From NCBI GenBank assembly GCA_937996535.1, contig CALKVF010000077.1, positions 1,352 through 65,351 on the forward strand: 64,000 nt of DNA, read 5' to 3'. This DNA comes from an uncultured Novosphingobium sp. Lineage in GTDB: Bacteria > Pseudomonadota > Alphaproteobacteria > Sphingomonadales > Sphingomonadaceae. Shown here one piece after another: positions 35,621 to 44,873 of this stretch. A program made the translations under genes and the position numbers. Numbering within the stretch: position 1 is the stretch's first letter; each line of letters opens with the position of its first letter. The notes beneath the pieces are model-generated. The model saw nothing but the letters and a program-made list of their open reading frames with translations. It made no database searches and had not been told where the DNA came from.

Positions 35621-37246
35621 CTAAAGCGTCAGGAGGATCGCGCCGAATGGCGGCAGGTGCCCCGGCTCGGCGCCGTTGACCGCCTGGATCACCCCGCCAT
35701 CAAGCACGGCGCACTCAGGCCAGGCCGCCGGGGCCGCACCAAGGTTGAACACCGCGATGATCGTTTCGTTGCCTGCCATGCGGCGCAGCACCAGCCGCAC
35801 ATCGTCGGCCAGCAGCACGTCGCACGCCCCGATCCGCAGCGCCGGGTGGCGCTTGCGCAGTGCCACGACCGTGCGGGTCAGGTTGAGCAGCGAGGCCGGA
35901 TCGCCATCCTGCCGGTCCACCGCGCGGGCCATGTTCTCTTCCCCCAGCGGCAGCCACGGCTGGCCGGTGGTGAAGCCGCCCTGCTCGTCCTGCGCGGCCC
36001 ACGGCAGCGGGGTGCGCGCGCCATCGCGCGACAGGGTCAGCGGCCAGTTGGCGATCGCTTCGGGATCCTGCAACTGGGCAAAGGGGATGTCGACCTGAGT
36101 CAGACCCAGTTCCTCACCCTGATAGAGAATGACATTGCCGCGCAGCGAGCCGAGCAGCACCATCTTGAGCCGGGCAAAGGCATCGCGGTGTTCAGCCGCG
36201 CACCAGCGCGACAGCGCGCGCGGGGCATCGTGGTTTTCAAAGGCCCAGCTTGGCCAGCCGGTGCCCGGGCTATCGGGCCATTCGCCCAGCGCCGAGGCGA
36301 CCAGCGCCGGGGTCAGTTCACTGGCGTAGAGGAAGTTGAAGCCATAGGCACTGTTGAGCCGCTGTTCGCCCGCGGTGAAGGCGTGCATTTCGGCCAGCGC
36401 CTCGTCCCCGCCGACTTCGGCCACGGTGAAGATCGCGCCATATTCGTCGAGCACCGCGCGGATCCGCTCGATGAACAGCGGAATGTCGGCGTGCGACTGG
36501 TTGAAACGGTGCAGCTGGAAATCGAACGGGCGGGTGCGCGGCTTGCCGGTATCGGGCGCGGGCGGATTATCGGTCAGCGCGGTATCGTGCATCGCGAAGT
36601 TGAGCGCATCGATGCGGAAGCCATCGACGCCCCGATCGAGCCAGAACCGCGCCACGCAGAGCAGCGCATCCTGCACCGCGGGATTGTGAACGTTGAGCTG
36701 GGGCTGGCTGCTCAGGAAATTGTGCAGGTAATATTGCCCGCGCCGCGCGTCCCAGGTCCAGGCCGGGCCGCCGAACACCGACTGCCAGTTCGACGGGGGC
36801 GAGCCTTCGGGCTTGGCATCGGCCCAGACATACCAATCGGCGCGCGGGTTGTTCTGGCTCTGGCGGCTCTCCGCAAACCAGGCGTGCTGATCGCTGGTAT
36901 GGGCATAAACCTGATCAATCGTGACCCGTATTCCGCGCGCATGGGCCGCAGCCACCAGCGCATCAAAATCGGCCAGCGTGCCGAAAATCGGATCGACATC
37001 GCAATAGTCGGCCACGTCATAGCCAAAGTCCGCCATCGGCGAGGTGAAGAACGGCGACAGCCAGATCGCATCGACGCCGAGCGCGGCGATGTGATCGAGC
37101 CGCTCGGTCACGCCCCGAAGATCGCCCACGCCATCGCCGTTCGCATCGGCAAAGCTGCGCGGATAGACCTGATAGATCGTCGCCCCCTTCCACCACGGGG
37201 TGGCGGCATCGGTTGACGGGACTGCAAGGGGGGAAAGCTGGTTCAT
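35621..37246 (-). CDS. GH13 alpha-glucosidase
   Basis: WWKGATIYQVYPRSFAD, DFGYDVADY, GVDGFRIDA, VAEVG, FENHD, RDGARTP. Confidence 0.93.
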   Translation of the reverse strand: MNQLSPLAVPSTDAATPWWKGATIYQVYPRSFADANGDGVGDLRGVTERLDHIAALGVDAIWLSPFFTSPMADFGYDVADYCDVDPIFGTLADFDALVAAAHARGIRVTIDQVYAHTSDQHAWFAESRQSQNNPRADWYVWADAKPEGSPPSNWQSVFGGPAWTWDARRGQYYLHNFLSSQPQLNVHNPAVQDALLCVARFWLDRGVDGFRIDALNFAMHDTALTDNPPAPDTGKPRTRPFDFQLHRFNQSHADIPLFIERIRAVLDEYGAIFTVAEVGGDEALAEMHAFTAGEQRLNSAYGFNFLYASELTPALVASALGEWPDSPGTGWPSWAFENHDAPRALSRWCAAEHRDAFARLKMVLLGSLRGNVILYQGEELGLTQVDIPFAQLQDPEAIANWPLTLSRDGARTPLPWAAQDEQGGFTTGQPWLPLGEENMARAVDRQDGDPASLLNLTRTVVALRKRHPALRIGACDVLLADDVRLVLRRMAGNETIIAVFNLGAAPAAWPECAVLDGGVIQAVNGAEPGHLPPFGAILLTL

Positions 37247-37266
37247 CACGGGTGCTCGAAACGCAT

Positions 37267-39072
37267 TCAATCCTGGGCCGCGCAAACCGCGAAGCCGAAA
37301 GCTGGCAAGGTAAGGGTGATTGTCCCCGGGGCAGAAGCCGCGGCGGGACACTGGCCGGACAGGGCCTTGAAAGCAAGACTGGCCGGCTCGATCGCGATCC
37401 GGCTGGTCAGCGGCGCTGCCGAGGTATTGTAGGCCAGCACCACTTCGCGGTTGGTCTTGGGATCAAAGCGCGAGACGGCAAACAGCCCCGGCTGGTCCGA
37501 AAAGGCACGGATCACGCTGCGGCCTTCGCTCAGCGCCGGGGTTGCCCGGCGGACTGCAGCCAGCTGGCGGATCAGGCCGTAGAGCGGGTGGCCTTCATCG
37601 AAATTCGACTGGGCCGTGGTCGCGCTGGTGCCGATCAGGTGATTGTCGTTGTAGACCGCGACTTTCGAGGGGAACATATCTTCACGCGCGGCCTGATCGT
37701 TGCCGTCCGACACGAAGCCCTGTTCATCGCCGTAGTAGATCACTGGCACGCCGCGCAGGGTCAGCAGCATGGCATGGCCCAGAGCCACCCGGGCGAGCAG
37801 TTCCGCGTCGCTCGCCGCCGGATTGGCCTGTTTCACGAACATCGAGAAGCGCCCGAAATCGTGATTGCCAAGGAAGGTCGGCATACGGTTCACCGCCGCA
37901 TCACCGCCTTCGTACAGCGCATCATCTTCGATCAGACGGGCCATCACGTCGGTTCCGGCCTTGCCCGAAACCACGCGCTGGGTGGCGGCGGCAAAGGCCA
38001 TGTCGAGCGCATTGGGCAGCCCGGCAATCCGGGTCCAGCGCGCGGTCAGCGCCGGATCGACATCGCCGGTCGCCACTTCGCCGAAGATATGAAAATTGGG
38101 GATGCCCTGCTTGCGCGCGGTTTCCTGCATGGCCGGCACGAAGGCGCGCCAGAACTCGGGATTGACGTGCTTGGCCGTGTCGATGCGATAGCCATCGATT
38201 CCGAACCGCTCGATCCAACTGGCGTAGATTGCGATCATCCCCTGAACCACGCGCGGATCCTCGGTCGCCAGATCATCAAGCCCCGAAAAATCGCCGTAGA
38301 GCGCGCCCTCGCCCACCCAGTTCGAATTGCCGCGATTGTGATAGTAGATCGGATCGTTGAGCCAGGCCGGCACCTTGACCTGTTCTTCCCCCTTGGGAAC
38401 GAACGGAGTGTAGGCGAAGCCCGGATCGGTCAGCTTGGCCCAGTTTTCCGGGCGCGGATCGGCATCGCCCATGAAGCCGGGATTGATCGCCGCGCCATCC
38501 AGCCCGCCCTTGCGCGAAAACGGATAGTCGGCCTTGCTGCGACAGGGATGGTCGCCCGCCTCGCGGTACTGGATCACATCGGCAGTGTGGTTGATGATGA
38601 TGTCCATATAGACCTTCATCCCGCGCGCATGGGCCGCGGCGACGAAGGCCTTGAAATCGGCTTCGCTGCCGAAATGCGGATCGACCTTGGTGAAGTCGGT
38701 CACCCAATAGCCGTGATAGCCCGCGCTCTCATCACCCTTGGGGCCTTGCACCGGCTTGTTCTTGAACACCGGGGCGAGCCAGATCGCGGTCGCGCCCAGA
38801 TCCTGGATGTAGTCCAGCCGCTGGGTCAGCCCCTTGAGATCGCCGCCGTGGTAAAAGCCCTTGGCCGCAGGATCGTAGCCGGTCTTGAGCCGATCGCCCT
38901 TGATCCCGCCGGTGTCGTTGCGCGGATCGCCGTTTTCAAAGCGATCGGGCAACACGAAATAGACGATTTCCTGATCGGCCGGGCGGGCCCGCACATCCTG
39001 CTCGGGCGACGCCTGAGCCGCGGCCGGGGCAAGAGCCAGCGCGCTGGCGGCAAGCAGCAGAGAACGGACCAT
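37267..39072 (-). CDS. Secreted GH13 alpha-amylase/cyclomaltodextrinase-like enzyme
   Basis: Signal peptide; YFVLPDRFENGD, YHGYWVTDF, DGYRIDTAKHV, FGEV, FLGNHD; alternative GTG start at 39114 overlaps the halogenase stop. Confidence 0.92.
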   Translation of the reverse strand: MVRSLLLAASALALAPAAAQASPEQDVRARPADQEIVYFVLPDRFENGDPRNDTGGIKGDRLKTGYDPAAKGFYHGGDLKGLTQRLDYIQDLGATAIWLAPVFKNKPVQGPKGDESAGYHGYWVTDFTKVDPHFGSEADFKAFVAAAHARGMKVYMDIIINHTADVIQYREAGDHPCRSKADYPFSRKGGLDGAAINPGFMGDADPRPENWAKLTDPGFAYTPFVPKGEEQVKVPAWLNDPIYYHNRGNSNWVGEGALYGDFSGLDDLATEDPRVVQGMIAIYASWIERFGIDGYRIDTAKHVNPEFWRAFVPAMQETARKQGIPNFHIFGEVATGDVDPALTARWTRIAGLPNALDMAFAAATQRVVSGKAGTDVMARLIEDDALYEGGDAAVNRMPTFLGNHDFGRFSMFVKQANPAASDAELLARVALGHAMLLTLRGVPVIYYGDEQGFVSDGNDQAAREDMFPSKVAVYNDNHLIGTSATTAQSNFDEGHPLYGLIRQLAAVRRATPALSEGRSVIRAFSDQPGLFAVSRFDPKTNREVVLAYNTSAAPLTSRIAIEPASLAFKALSGQCPAAASAPGTITLTLPAFGFAVCAAQD

Positions 39073-39110
39073 GAGCACCTTGACCTTCGATCGGGAGGAG
39101 AACGGCTGGC

Positions 39111-40625
39111 TCACCGCCCCTGCCCCGCCTTGACGGCGCAGACGTGGGCGATGAACTCGTCATGCGAGGGAAACTGGCTGATCGGCGCGGTCATCAGCGT
39201 GCGCAGATCCTTGAGGAACCCGGCCAGTTCGTCGCGCGTCAGCACGTCGGCCAGCGGGTGGTAGGTATCGGGCATGATGTTCTGCCCGACCAGCACCTGA
39301 AACCAGCCGACCTCGGCAAACAGTTCATCCTGTTCGCGGAAGATCCGGCCCGTGGCCTTGAACAGCGCGATCTTGTCATGCAGCGTTTCGGGCAGGTCCA
39401 TTTCGCGCAGATCCCGCCAGAACGGTTCGTCGCGCTGGTTGGCGGTGTAGTGTAGGATGATGAAATCGCGGATCCGCTCGTAATCGTAGGCGATCCGGCG
39501 GTTGTAGGCATCGACATTGGCCTGGGCAAAGCCGCGATCCGGAAAGTGCGAGATCAGCCGCGCGATGCCGTTCTGCACCAGATGGATCGAAGTCGATTCC
39601 AGCGGCTCGATGAAGCCCGAGGACAGCCCCAGCGCGATGACGTTGCGGTTCCAGGCGAGCCGCCGCATCCCCGTCTTGAAGGCAATGGTGCGCGGATCGG
39701 CCAGCGGCTCGCCCTCAACCGTATCGAGCAGGATCCGGGTCGCCTCGTCCTCGCTCATATAGGCGCTGGAAAAGACGTGGCCGTTGCCGGTGCGGTGCTG
39801 CAGCGGAATGCGCCACTGCCAGCCGGCAGGATGGGCGATCGACTGGGTATAGGGGCGGATCGGGCCGACGTTGGCAGTCGGCACGGCAATCGCGCGGTCG
39901 CTGGGCAGCCAGTGGCTCCAGTCGACATAGCCGGTTTCGAGCGTCTGCTCGATCAGCAGCCCGCGAAAGCCCGAGCAATCGATGAACAGTTCGCCGGCAA
40001 ACTCCTCGCCGGATTCCATCGTGACCGAGCGAACGAACCCGGTGTCGGGCGCCAGATTGACGCCCACGATCTTGCCTTCGCTGCGCACCACGCCGGCGCG
40101 TTCGGCATGGCCGCGCAGGAACCGGGCATAGAGCGCCGCATCGAAGTGGAACGCATAGGCCGGCCCATCGAGCTGGGTGCCCGGAATGCGCGCCGCGCGC
40201 GCAAAGCGGCCAGCGCGGGCCAGGGTTTCGTTGAAGGAATAGTGGCCCAGCGGCTCGGCCACGCCTTCGCGCTGGCCCCGCAGCCAATATTGCCAGAATT
40301 CGATGAGATCGAGGCTTTGGCCGATCTGCCCGAAGGCGTGCATGTAACTGTCGCCAACCCGGCCCCAGTCACGAAATTCGATGCCCAGCTTGAAGCTGCC
40401 CTGGGTGGCGCGCACGAATTCATCTTCGTCCAGCCGAACCAGACCGTTGAACAGGCGGATCGAGGGAATGGTGGCTTCGCCGACGCCGACAATGCCGATC
40501 TCTTCGCTTTCGATAAGCCGGATGCGCAGCTGATCGCCCATGGTCGCGGACAGTGCGGCCGCGGCCATCCAGCCCGAGGTTCCGCCGCCGACGATGACGA
40601 CGTCGCGGATGCGACTATCGCTCAC
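39111..40625 (-). CDS. Tryptophan halogenase family flavin-dependent enzyme
   Basis: GGGTSG, VGVGEATIP, catalytic-Lys motif GSFKLGIEF, WQWRIP (WxWxIP), FIEPLESTSI. Confidence 0.93.
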   Translation of the reverse strand: MSDSRIRDVVIVGGGTSGWMAAAALSATMGDQLRIRLIESEEIGIVGVGEATIPSIRLFNGLVRLDEDEFVRATQGSFKLGIEFRDWGRVGDSYMHAFGQIGQSLDLIEFWQYWLRGQREGVAEPLGHYSFNETLARAGRFARAARIPGTQLDGPAYAFHFDAALYARFLRGHAERAGVVRSEGKIVGVNLAPDTGFVRSVTMESGEEFAGELFIDCSGFRGLLIEQTLETGYVDWSHWLPSDRAIAVPTANVGPIRPYTQSIAHPAGWQWRIPLQHRTGNGHVFSSAYMSEDEATRILLDTVEGEPLADPRTIAFKTGMRRLAWNRNVIALGLSSGFIEPLESTSIHLVQNGIARLISHFPDRGFAQANVDAYNRRIAYDYERIRDFIILHYTANQRDEPFWRDLREMDLPETLHDKIALFKATGRIFREQDELFAEVGWFQVLVGQNIMPDTYHPLADVLTRDELAGFLKDLRTLMTAPISQFPSHDEFIAHVCAVKAGQGR

Positions 40626-40677
40626 AACCCATCTCCCTTCCGTTCACGGACAAATATTCTGAAACAGTTTTGGTCGG

Positions 40678-40714
40678 AAGAAAATGGCGGGCCCGGAACC
40701 GGTCCGGGCCCGCC
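40678..40714 (-). terminator. Intrinsic terminator/attenuator after the TBDR
   Basis: 12-bp GGCGGGCCCGGA/TCCGGGCCCGCC stem followed by AUUUUCUU on the minus strand. Confidence 0.75.
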
Positions 40715-40722
40715 GGTAGTCA

Positions 40723-43443
40723 TTAGAACTTGTAGGTAACGCCAACCATGAAGTTGCGGCCATAGTTCTGGTAGTCACGCACCTGGCGGCTGTCGCCGTT
40801 CTGGTAGGTAATGAAGGGTTCGTTGGTCAGGTTGCTGGCCTGCAGCAACACGCCCAGCCCTTCGAGCGAACCGCTCTGGAAGGTGTAACCGATCTGGGCA
40901 TCGACGACGAATTCCGCGCCGGCCATGATGTGGTCACGCGCCAGGCTGAGGCCCGAGACTTCGGCCAGGAACTCCGAGCGGTAACGCCCCGAGGCGCGCG
41001 CCTGGAAGCCGTTCTTTTCGTAGTAGACCGTGCCGTTTACGACCCAACGCGACAGACCCGGCATCGAGATCGGGTCGGCGCCGCCTTCCTTCACTTCGCT
41101 GTCGGTGTAGGACGCGCTGCTGACCAGGCCGAAGCCGTCCAGCGTGGTCGAGAAGGTGCTGAAGGGCAGCGAAAGCGAAGCTTCGAAGCCATAGACCTTG
41201 CCCGACTGACCATTCTGCCACTGCGACACGATGCCCTGGTTGAACGTCGGGGTGACGTTGCCCGGGGTCGGGGTGCCGGTGAAGTCGAAGGTCGAATTCT
41301 GGCGGTAGATCCAGTTTTCGAGGTGCTTGTAGAACGCACCAGCCGACACATAGGCGCCGCGGCCGAAGTACTTTTCGACAGCGAGGTCAAGGGTATCGGC
41401 CATCAGCGGACGCAGCTTGGAGTTACCGACGCTGCCCGACCACGGCGAACGCGTGATGCTGGCACCCGGGATGTTGTTGGCAGCATTGAAGCTGTAGCCA
41501 ACGCCCGGATTGAGCTGGTCCATGCGGGCACGGGCCAGCATACGGGCCGCACCGACGCGCAGCAGGGTCTGCGGCGCGATTTCATACGAGACGTTCAGGC
41601 TCGGCAGGAAGTCGGTGTACTTGTCGCCATCGGTGATCGGGCGCGAGATCGTGCCGCTACCCGGGTTCGACGCGGCATAGCCATCGGCCTGCTGGTCGGT
41701 GTGAACCACCTGCAGACCCGCGTTGCCCTTGAACCCGCCGCCGTTGAAGTTCGCCTGCACGAAGCCGGTCAGAACCTTTTCACGCACGACGAAGCTGTTG
41801 GTCAAGCGGCCCGGCGTCCACAGCGCCTCGTTGGTGAGGTTGTAGTTGCCGTCGTTGTAGTACTTCCAGGAATCGAACGAGACCATGCCCGGGATGCCGA
41901 TGAAGTCGAGCTTCACGGGGCTGAACAGGTAGCTCGACGGAACCGCCGGGCTGGCCGGGTAGTTCTTGTTGGTCAGCACGAAGCCTTCGTCGATCAGCTG
42001 CTTGCGGCGGTCCGAATAGTTCGCACCGACGGTCACGTTTTCGATGAAGCCGTCCATCGCCTGAACCGCCTGGAGGCGGATCGACTGGAGGCGGTCCTTG
42101 ATGGTCGGGCGGTTGACGAAGCCATCCTGGCAGTTCGCATGGGTGCCGCCGCAGCTGTTCCAGCCCTGCGGGTCGGTGATCACGAACAGCGCCGGATCAG
42201 CATAGTTGATCGTCGGCTGGAAGGTGATCACGCCGCCGGTCGAAGGCATGGTGAAGCCCAGGCTGTCGGTCGCGCCAACGCCGCCACCACGGCCGGTGCC
42301 GAGGTAGATTTCGAGGTTCTCTTCAACCTTCTTGAGCTTCGAGTAGCTCAGGTCGAGTTCGAGGGTCAGCGTGTCGTTGGCCTTGAACTGGGTGTTGTTG
42401 CCAATCGCCCAGATTTCGGCGTCGCGGTGCACGACATCGTTGCGCATCACGGCTTCAACGCCGGTGTAGCGGCCCGAGGTGACCAGACCGTTGGCGGTGG
42501 TGTAACCCGGCTGAAGCTGGGCGCCCGACCACTGCAGCGGCAGTTCGATGCCGCGCAGACGCTGGTCGTCCTTGAACTTCGACCAGTAGCCGTCGAACGT
42601 GGTGTGGAAGCGGTCGTCCGGCTGCAGTTCGAGCACGCCCATCACGCCATCGCGCTTGAGTTCATTCGACTTGGCATAGGGCTTGGCGCCGCCGATGACC
42701 TTGGTGGTCGAGTTGAGGTCGGGGTAGCCCCAGGCCTGCCAGCGCTGTTCCTGGGTCGGCGACTGCATACGGGCATAGCCGATCGCCCAGCCAGCGGTGC
42801 CGGCTTCGTTCTGATCGACATAGAACAGGTTGGCGCGGTAGCCCTTGTTCGAGATGTCGGGGTTGAGCTTGCCCAGATCGTTGAGTTCGGCGCGGGCGCC
42901 CAGCACGATCTGACGCTTGCCATAGGCCAGCGGACGGATCGTCTTCATGTCGATCGTGCCGCCCAGGGCCTGGCCGATCAGCTTGGCATCAGGGGTCTTG
43001 TAGACCACCGCGCCGTTGAGCAGTTCGCTCGGATACTGGTCGAGTTCGACGCCGCGGTTGTTGCCGGCGCTGACCTGTTCGCGGCCGTTGAGCAGCGTGG
43101 TGGTGAAGTCGGGCGCAAGACCGCGGATCGAAACCACGTTGGCGCGGCCGTCAAGGCGCTGGGTCGCAAGGCCCGGCAGGCGCGACAGCGACTCGGCGAT
43201 CGACAGGTCGGGCAGCTTGCCGATGTCTTCGGCGGCCACGACTTCGACGATCGACGTGCTGGCCTTCTTCTGCGCGGCCGAGGTATCAAGCGAACCGCGA
43301 TAGCCGGTCACGACGATGGCGTCGTCAGCCGAAGCGGCAGCAGCGTCCTGCGCGTAAACGACAGTCGGCAGCGCCACGGCGCTGACCGCCAGCGCCAGGG
43401 CCGAAACGCCCATGTCGCTGGAGAATTTGGTGCGAAGTGTCAC
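40723..43443 (-). CDS. TonB-dependent receptor, MalA-like maltodextrin/starch-product uptake
   Basis: IVVTGYRGSL, AEDIGKLPDLSIAESLSRLPG, SIRGL, TLLNGREQ, VYKTPDA, GRNFMVGVTYKF; GH13 context. Confidence 0.93.
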   Translation of the reverse strand: MTLRTKFSSDMGVSALALAVSAVALPTVVYAQDAAAASADDAIVVTGYRGSLDTSAAQKKASTSIVEVVAAEDIGKLPDLSIAESLSRLPGLATQRLDGRANVVSIRGLAPDFTTTLLNGREQVSAGNNRGVELDQYPSELLNGAVVYKTPDAKLIGQALGGTIDMKTIRPLAYGKRQIVLGARAELNDLGKLNPDISNKGYRANLFYVDQNEAGTAGWAIGYARMQSPTQEQRWQAWGYPDLNSTTKVIGGAKPYAKSNELKRDGVMGVLELQPDDRFHTTFDGYWSKFKDDQRLRGIELPLQWSGAQLQPGYTTANGLVTSGRYTGVEAVMRNDVVHRDAEIWAIGNNTQFKANDTLTLELDLSYSKLKKVEENLEIYLGTGRGGGVGATDSLGFTMPSTGGVITFQPTINYADPALFVITDPQGWNSCGGTHANCQDGFVNRPTIKDRLQSIRLQAVQAMDGFIENVTVGANYSDRRKQLIDEGFVLTNKNYPASPAVPSSYLFSPVKLDFIGIPGMVSFDSWKYYNDGNYNLTNEALWTPGRLTNSFVVREKVLTGFVQANFNGGGFKGNAGLQVVHTDQQADGYAASNPGSGTISRPITDGDKYTDFLPSLNVSYEIAPQTLLRVGAARMLARARMDQLNPGVGYSFNAANNIPGASITRSPWSGSVGNSKLRPLMADTLDLAVEKYFGRGAYVSAGAFYKHLENWIYRQNSTFDFTGTPTPGNVTPTFNQGIVSQWQNGQSGKVYGFEASLSLPFSTFSTTLDGFGLVSSASYTDSEVKEGGADPISMPGLSRWVVNGTVYYEKNGFQARASGRYRSEFLAEVSGLSLARDHIMAGAEFVVDAQIGYTFQSGSLEGLGVLLQASNLTNEPFITYQNGDSRQVRDYQNYGRNFMVGVTYKF

Positions 43444-43579
43444 GATGCACTCTCCCTAAAACCACCGGATTTGCAAACAGGCACCGGTGTCCAACCCCCT
43501 CAGGCAGGCGGGTCCATTTGCTGGAACCTCCCCTGCTCAAGCTGGCCCATAGGTCCGCGCCGAGCGCCGCCGGTAGTAG

Positions 43580-43591
43580 GCATACGTATAC
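43580..43591. promoter_or_regulatory. LacI/MalR operator GCATACGTATAC
   Basis: CG-centred palindrome between the TBDR and LacI genes; matches the second site at 44799. Confidence 0.65.
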
Positions 43592-43743
43592 GCATAATAT
43601 TCAACCCACAGCCCTGTGCCCGCAGGGACACGCCTTGTATGCAAGGCTTACAAAGTGGCTGCGCGCTTGCCGCAAGGCGCGCCTGCGCCTAGAAGAACAA
43701 GGGGTCGGGACGCGAACCGCGCCGTGGGAGGCAATGACAGGTC

Positions 43744-44778
43744 ATGGGCCGCAAGCGCTCGTCCAAGCCGACAAGTTTCGACATCGCCTACCTTGCCGGG
43801 GTGTCCCAGCCGACCGTCAGCCGCGCGCTGCGCGGGTCGAAGTCGGTCAGCCTCGCCACGCGTCAGCGGATCGAGGCAATTGCCCGCGAACTGCACTACT
43901 CGGTCGACAAGAACGCCTCATCGCTGCGCTCGCAGCGCTCCAACACCATCGCCCTGTTGTTCTTCGAAGACCCCACCCCCGACGGCGCGAACATCAACCC
44001 GTTCTTCCTGGCCATGCTCGGCTCGATCACCCGGCACTGCGCCAATCGCGGGCTCGACCTGCTGATCTCGTTCCAGAAAATGGATGACGACTGGCACGTG
44101 CGCTATCTCGACAGCCACCGCGCCGACGGGCTGATCCTGCTCGGCTATGGCGATTTCACGGTCTACCGCACCCGGCTCTCGCAGCTGGTCGAACACGGCA
44201 CCCGGTTCGTCCACTGGGGCTCGGTGCGCGAAGACACCATCGGTGCGGCCGTCGGCTCCGACAATTTCGGCGCAGGCCGGCTCGCGGCGGACCATCTGCT
44301 GGGCCTTGGCCGGCGGCGCATCGCCTTCTTCGGCCACGCCGACGAACACTACCCCGAATTTGCCGACCGCTATCGCGGGCTGTGCGAAGGGCTGGCCGAT
44401 GCCGGGGTGGCAATTGACCCCGCGCTCCAGCTCGACGCGCTCAACAACGAGGAAGCCGGGCGGGCCGCGGTGCGCACACTGATCGATGAGGCGATCCCGT
44501 TCGACGCGATCTTTGCCGCCAGCGATCTGATCGCGATCGGGGCGATGCGCGCCCTGACCGAGGCGGGCCTTGCGATCCCCGGCGATGTCGCGGTGGTTGG
44601 GTTCGATGATATTCCGGCAGCCTCGCTCACCACCCCGCCGCTGACCACGATCATGCAGGATCTGAAAGCGGCGGGCGAGCTGCTGGTCGAAACATTGCTG
44701 GCGCAGATCGAGGACCAGCCGCCCGCCAACCGCACCCTGCCGACCCGGCTGATCCAGCGGCGCAGCACCTTGGGCTAA
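43744..44778 (+). CDS. LacI family regulator (MalR/MalI-like)
   Basis: TSFDIAYLAGVSQPTVSRAL HTH; VVGFDDI, PPLTTI. Confidence 0.94.
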   Translation: MGRKRSSKPTSFDIAYLAGVSQPTVSRALRGSKSVSLATRQRIEAIARELHYSVDKNASSLRSQRSNTIALLFFEDPTPDGANINPFFLAMLGSITRHCANRGLDLLISFQKMDDDWHVRYLDSHRADGLILLGYGDFTVYRTRLSQLVEHGTRFVHWGSVREDTIGAAVGSDNFGAGRLAADHLLGLGRRRIAFFGHADEHYPEFADRYRGLCEGLADAGVAIDPALQLDALNNEEAGRAAVRTLIDEAIPFDAIFAASDLIAIGAMRALTEAGLAIPGDVAVVGFDDIPAASLTTPPLTTIMQDLKAAGELLVETLLAQIEDQPPANRTLPTRLIQRRSTLG

Positions 44779-44798
44779 CCGCGCCCGCGGGGGCCTAG

Positions 44799-44810
44799 GT
44801 ATTCGTATGC
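44799..44810. promoter_or_regulatory. LacI/MalR operator GTATTCGTATGC
   Basis: Reverse complement GCATACGAATAC is 11/12 identical to the 43580 site; upstream of the MFS transporter. Confidence 0.65.
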
Positions 44811-44873
44811 ATGTTGCCCCGAAACGCGGGGCGTGCAAGCCAGCTGGCACAGGGATTTGGGGGAAGATACGCG

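Noticed and set aside
40930-43692. 920-aa plus-strand ORF, and similar long ORFs at 2434-4257, 3030-4808, 30607-32490, 35396-37216 and 37213-39264
   Set aside because: Antisense shadows of well-supported minus-strand genes in high-GC DNA
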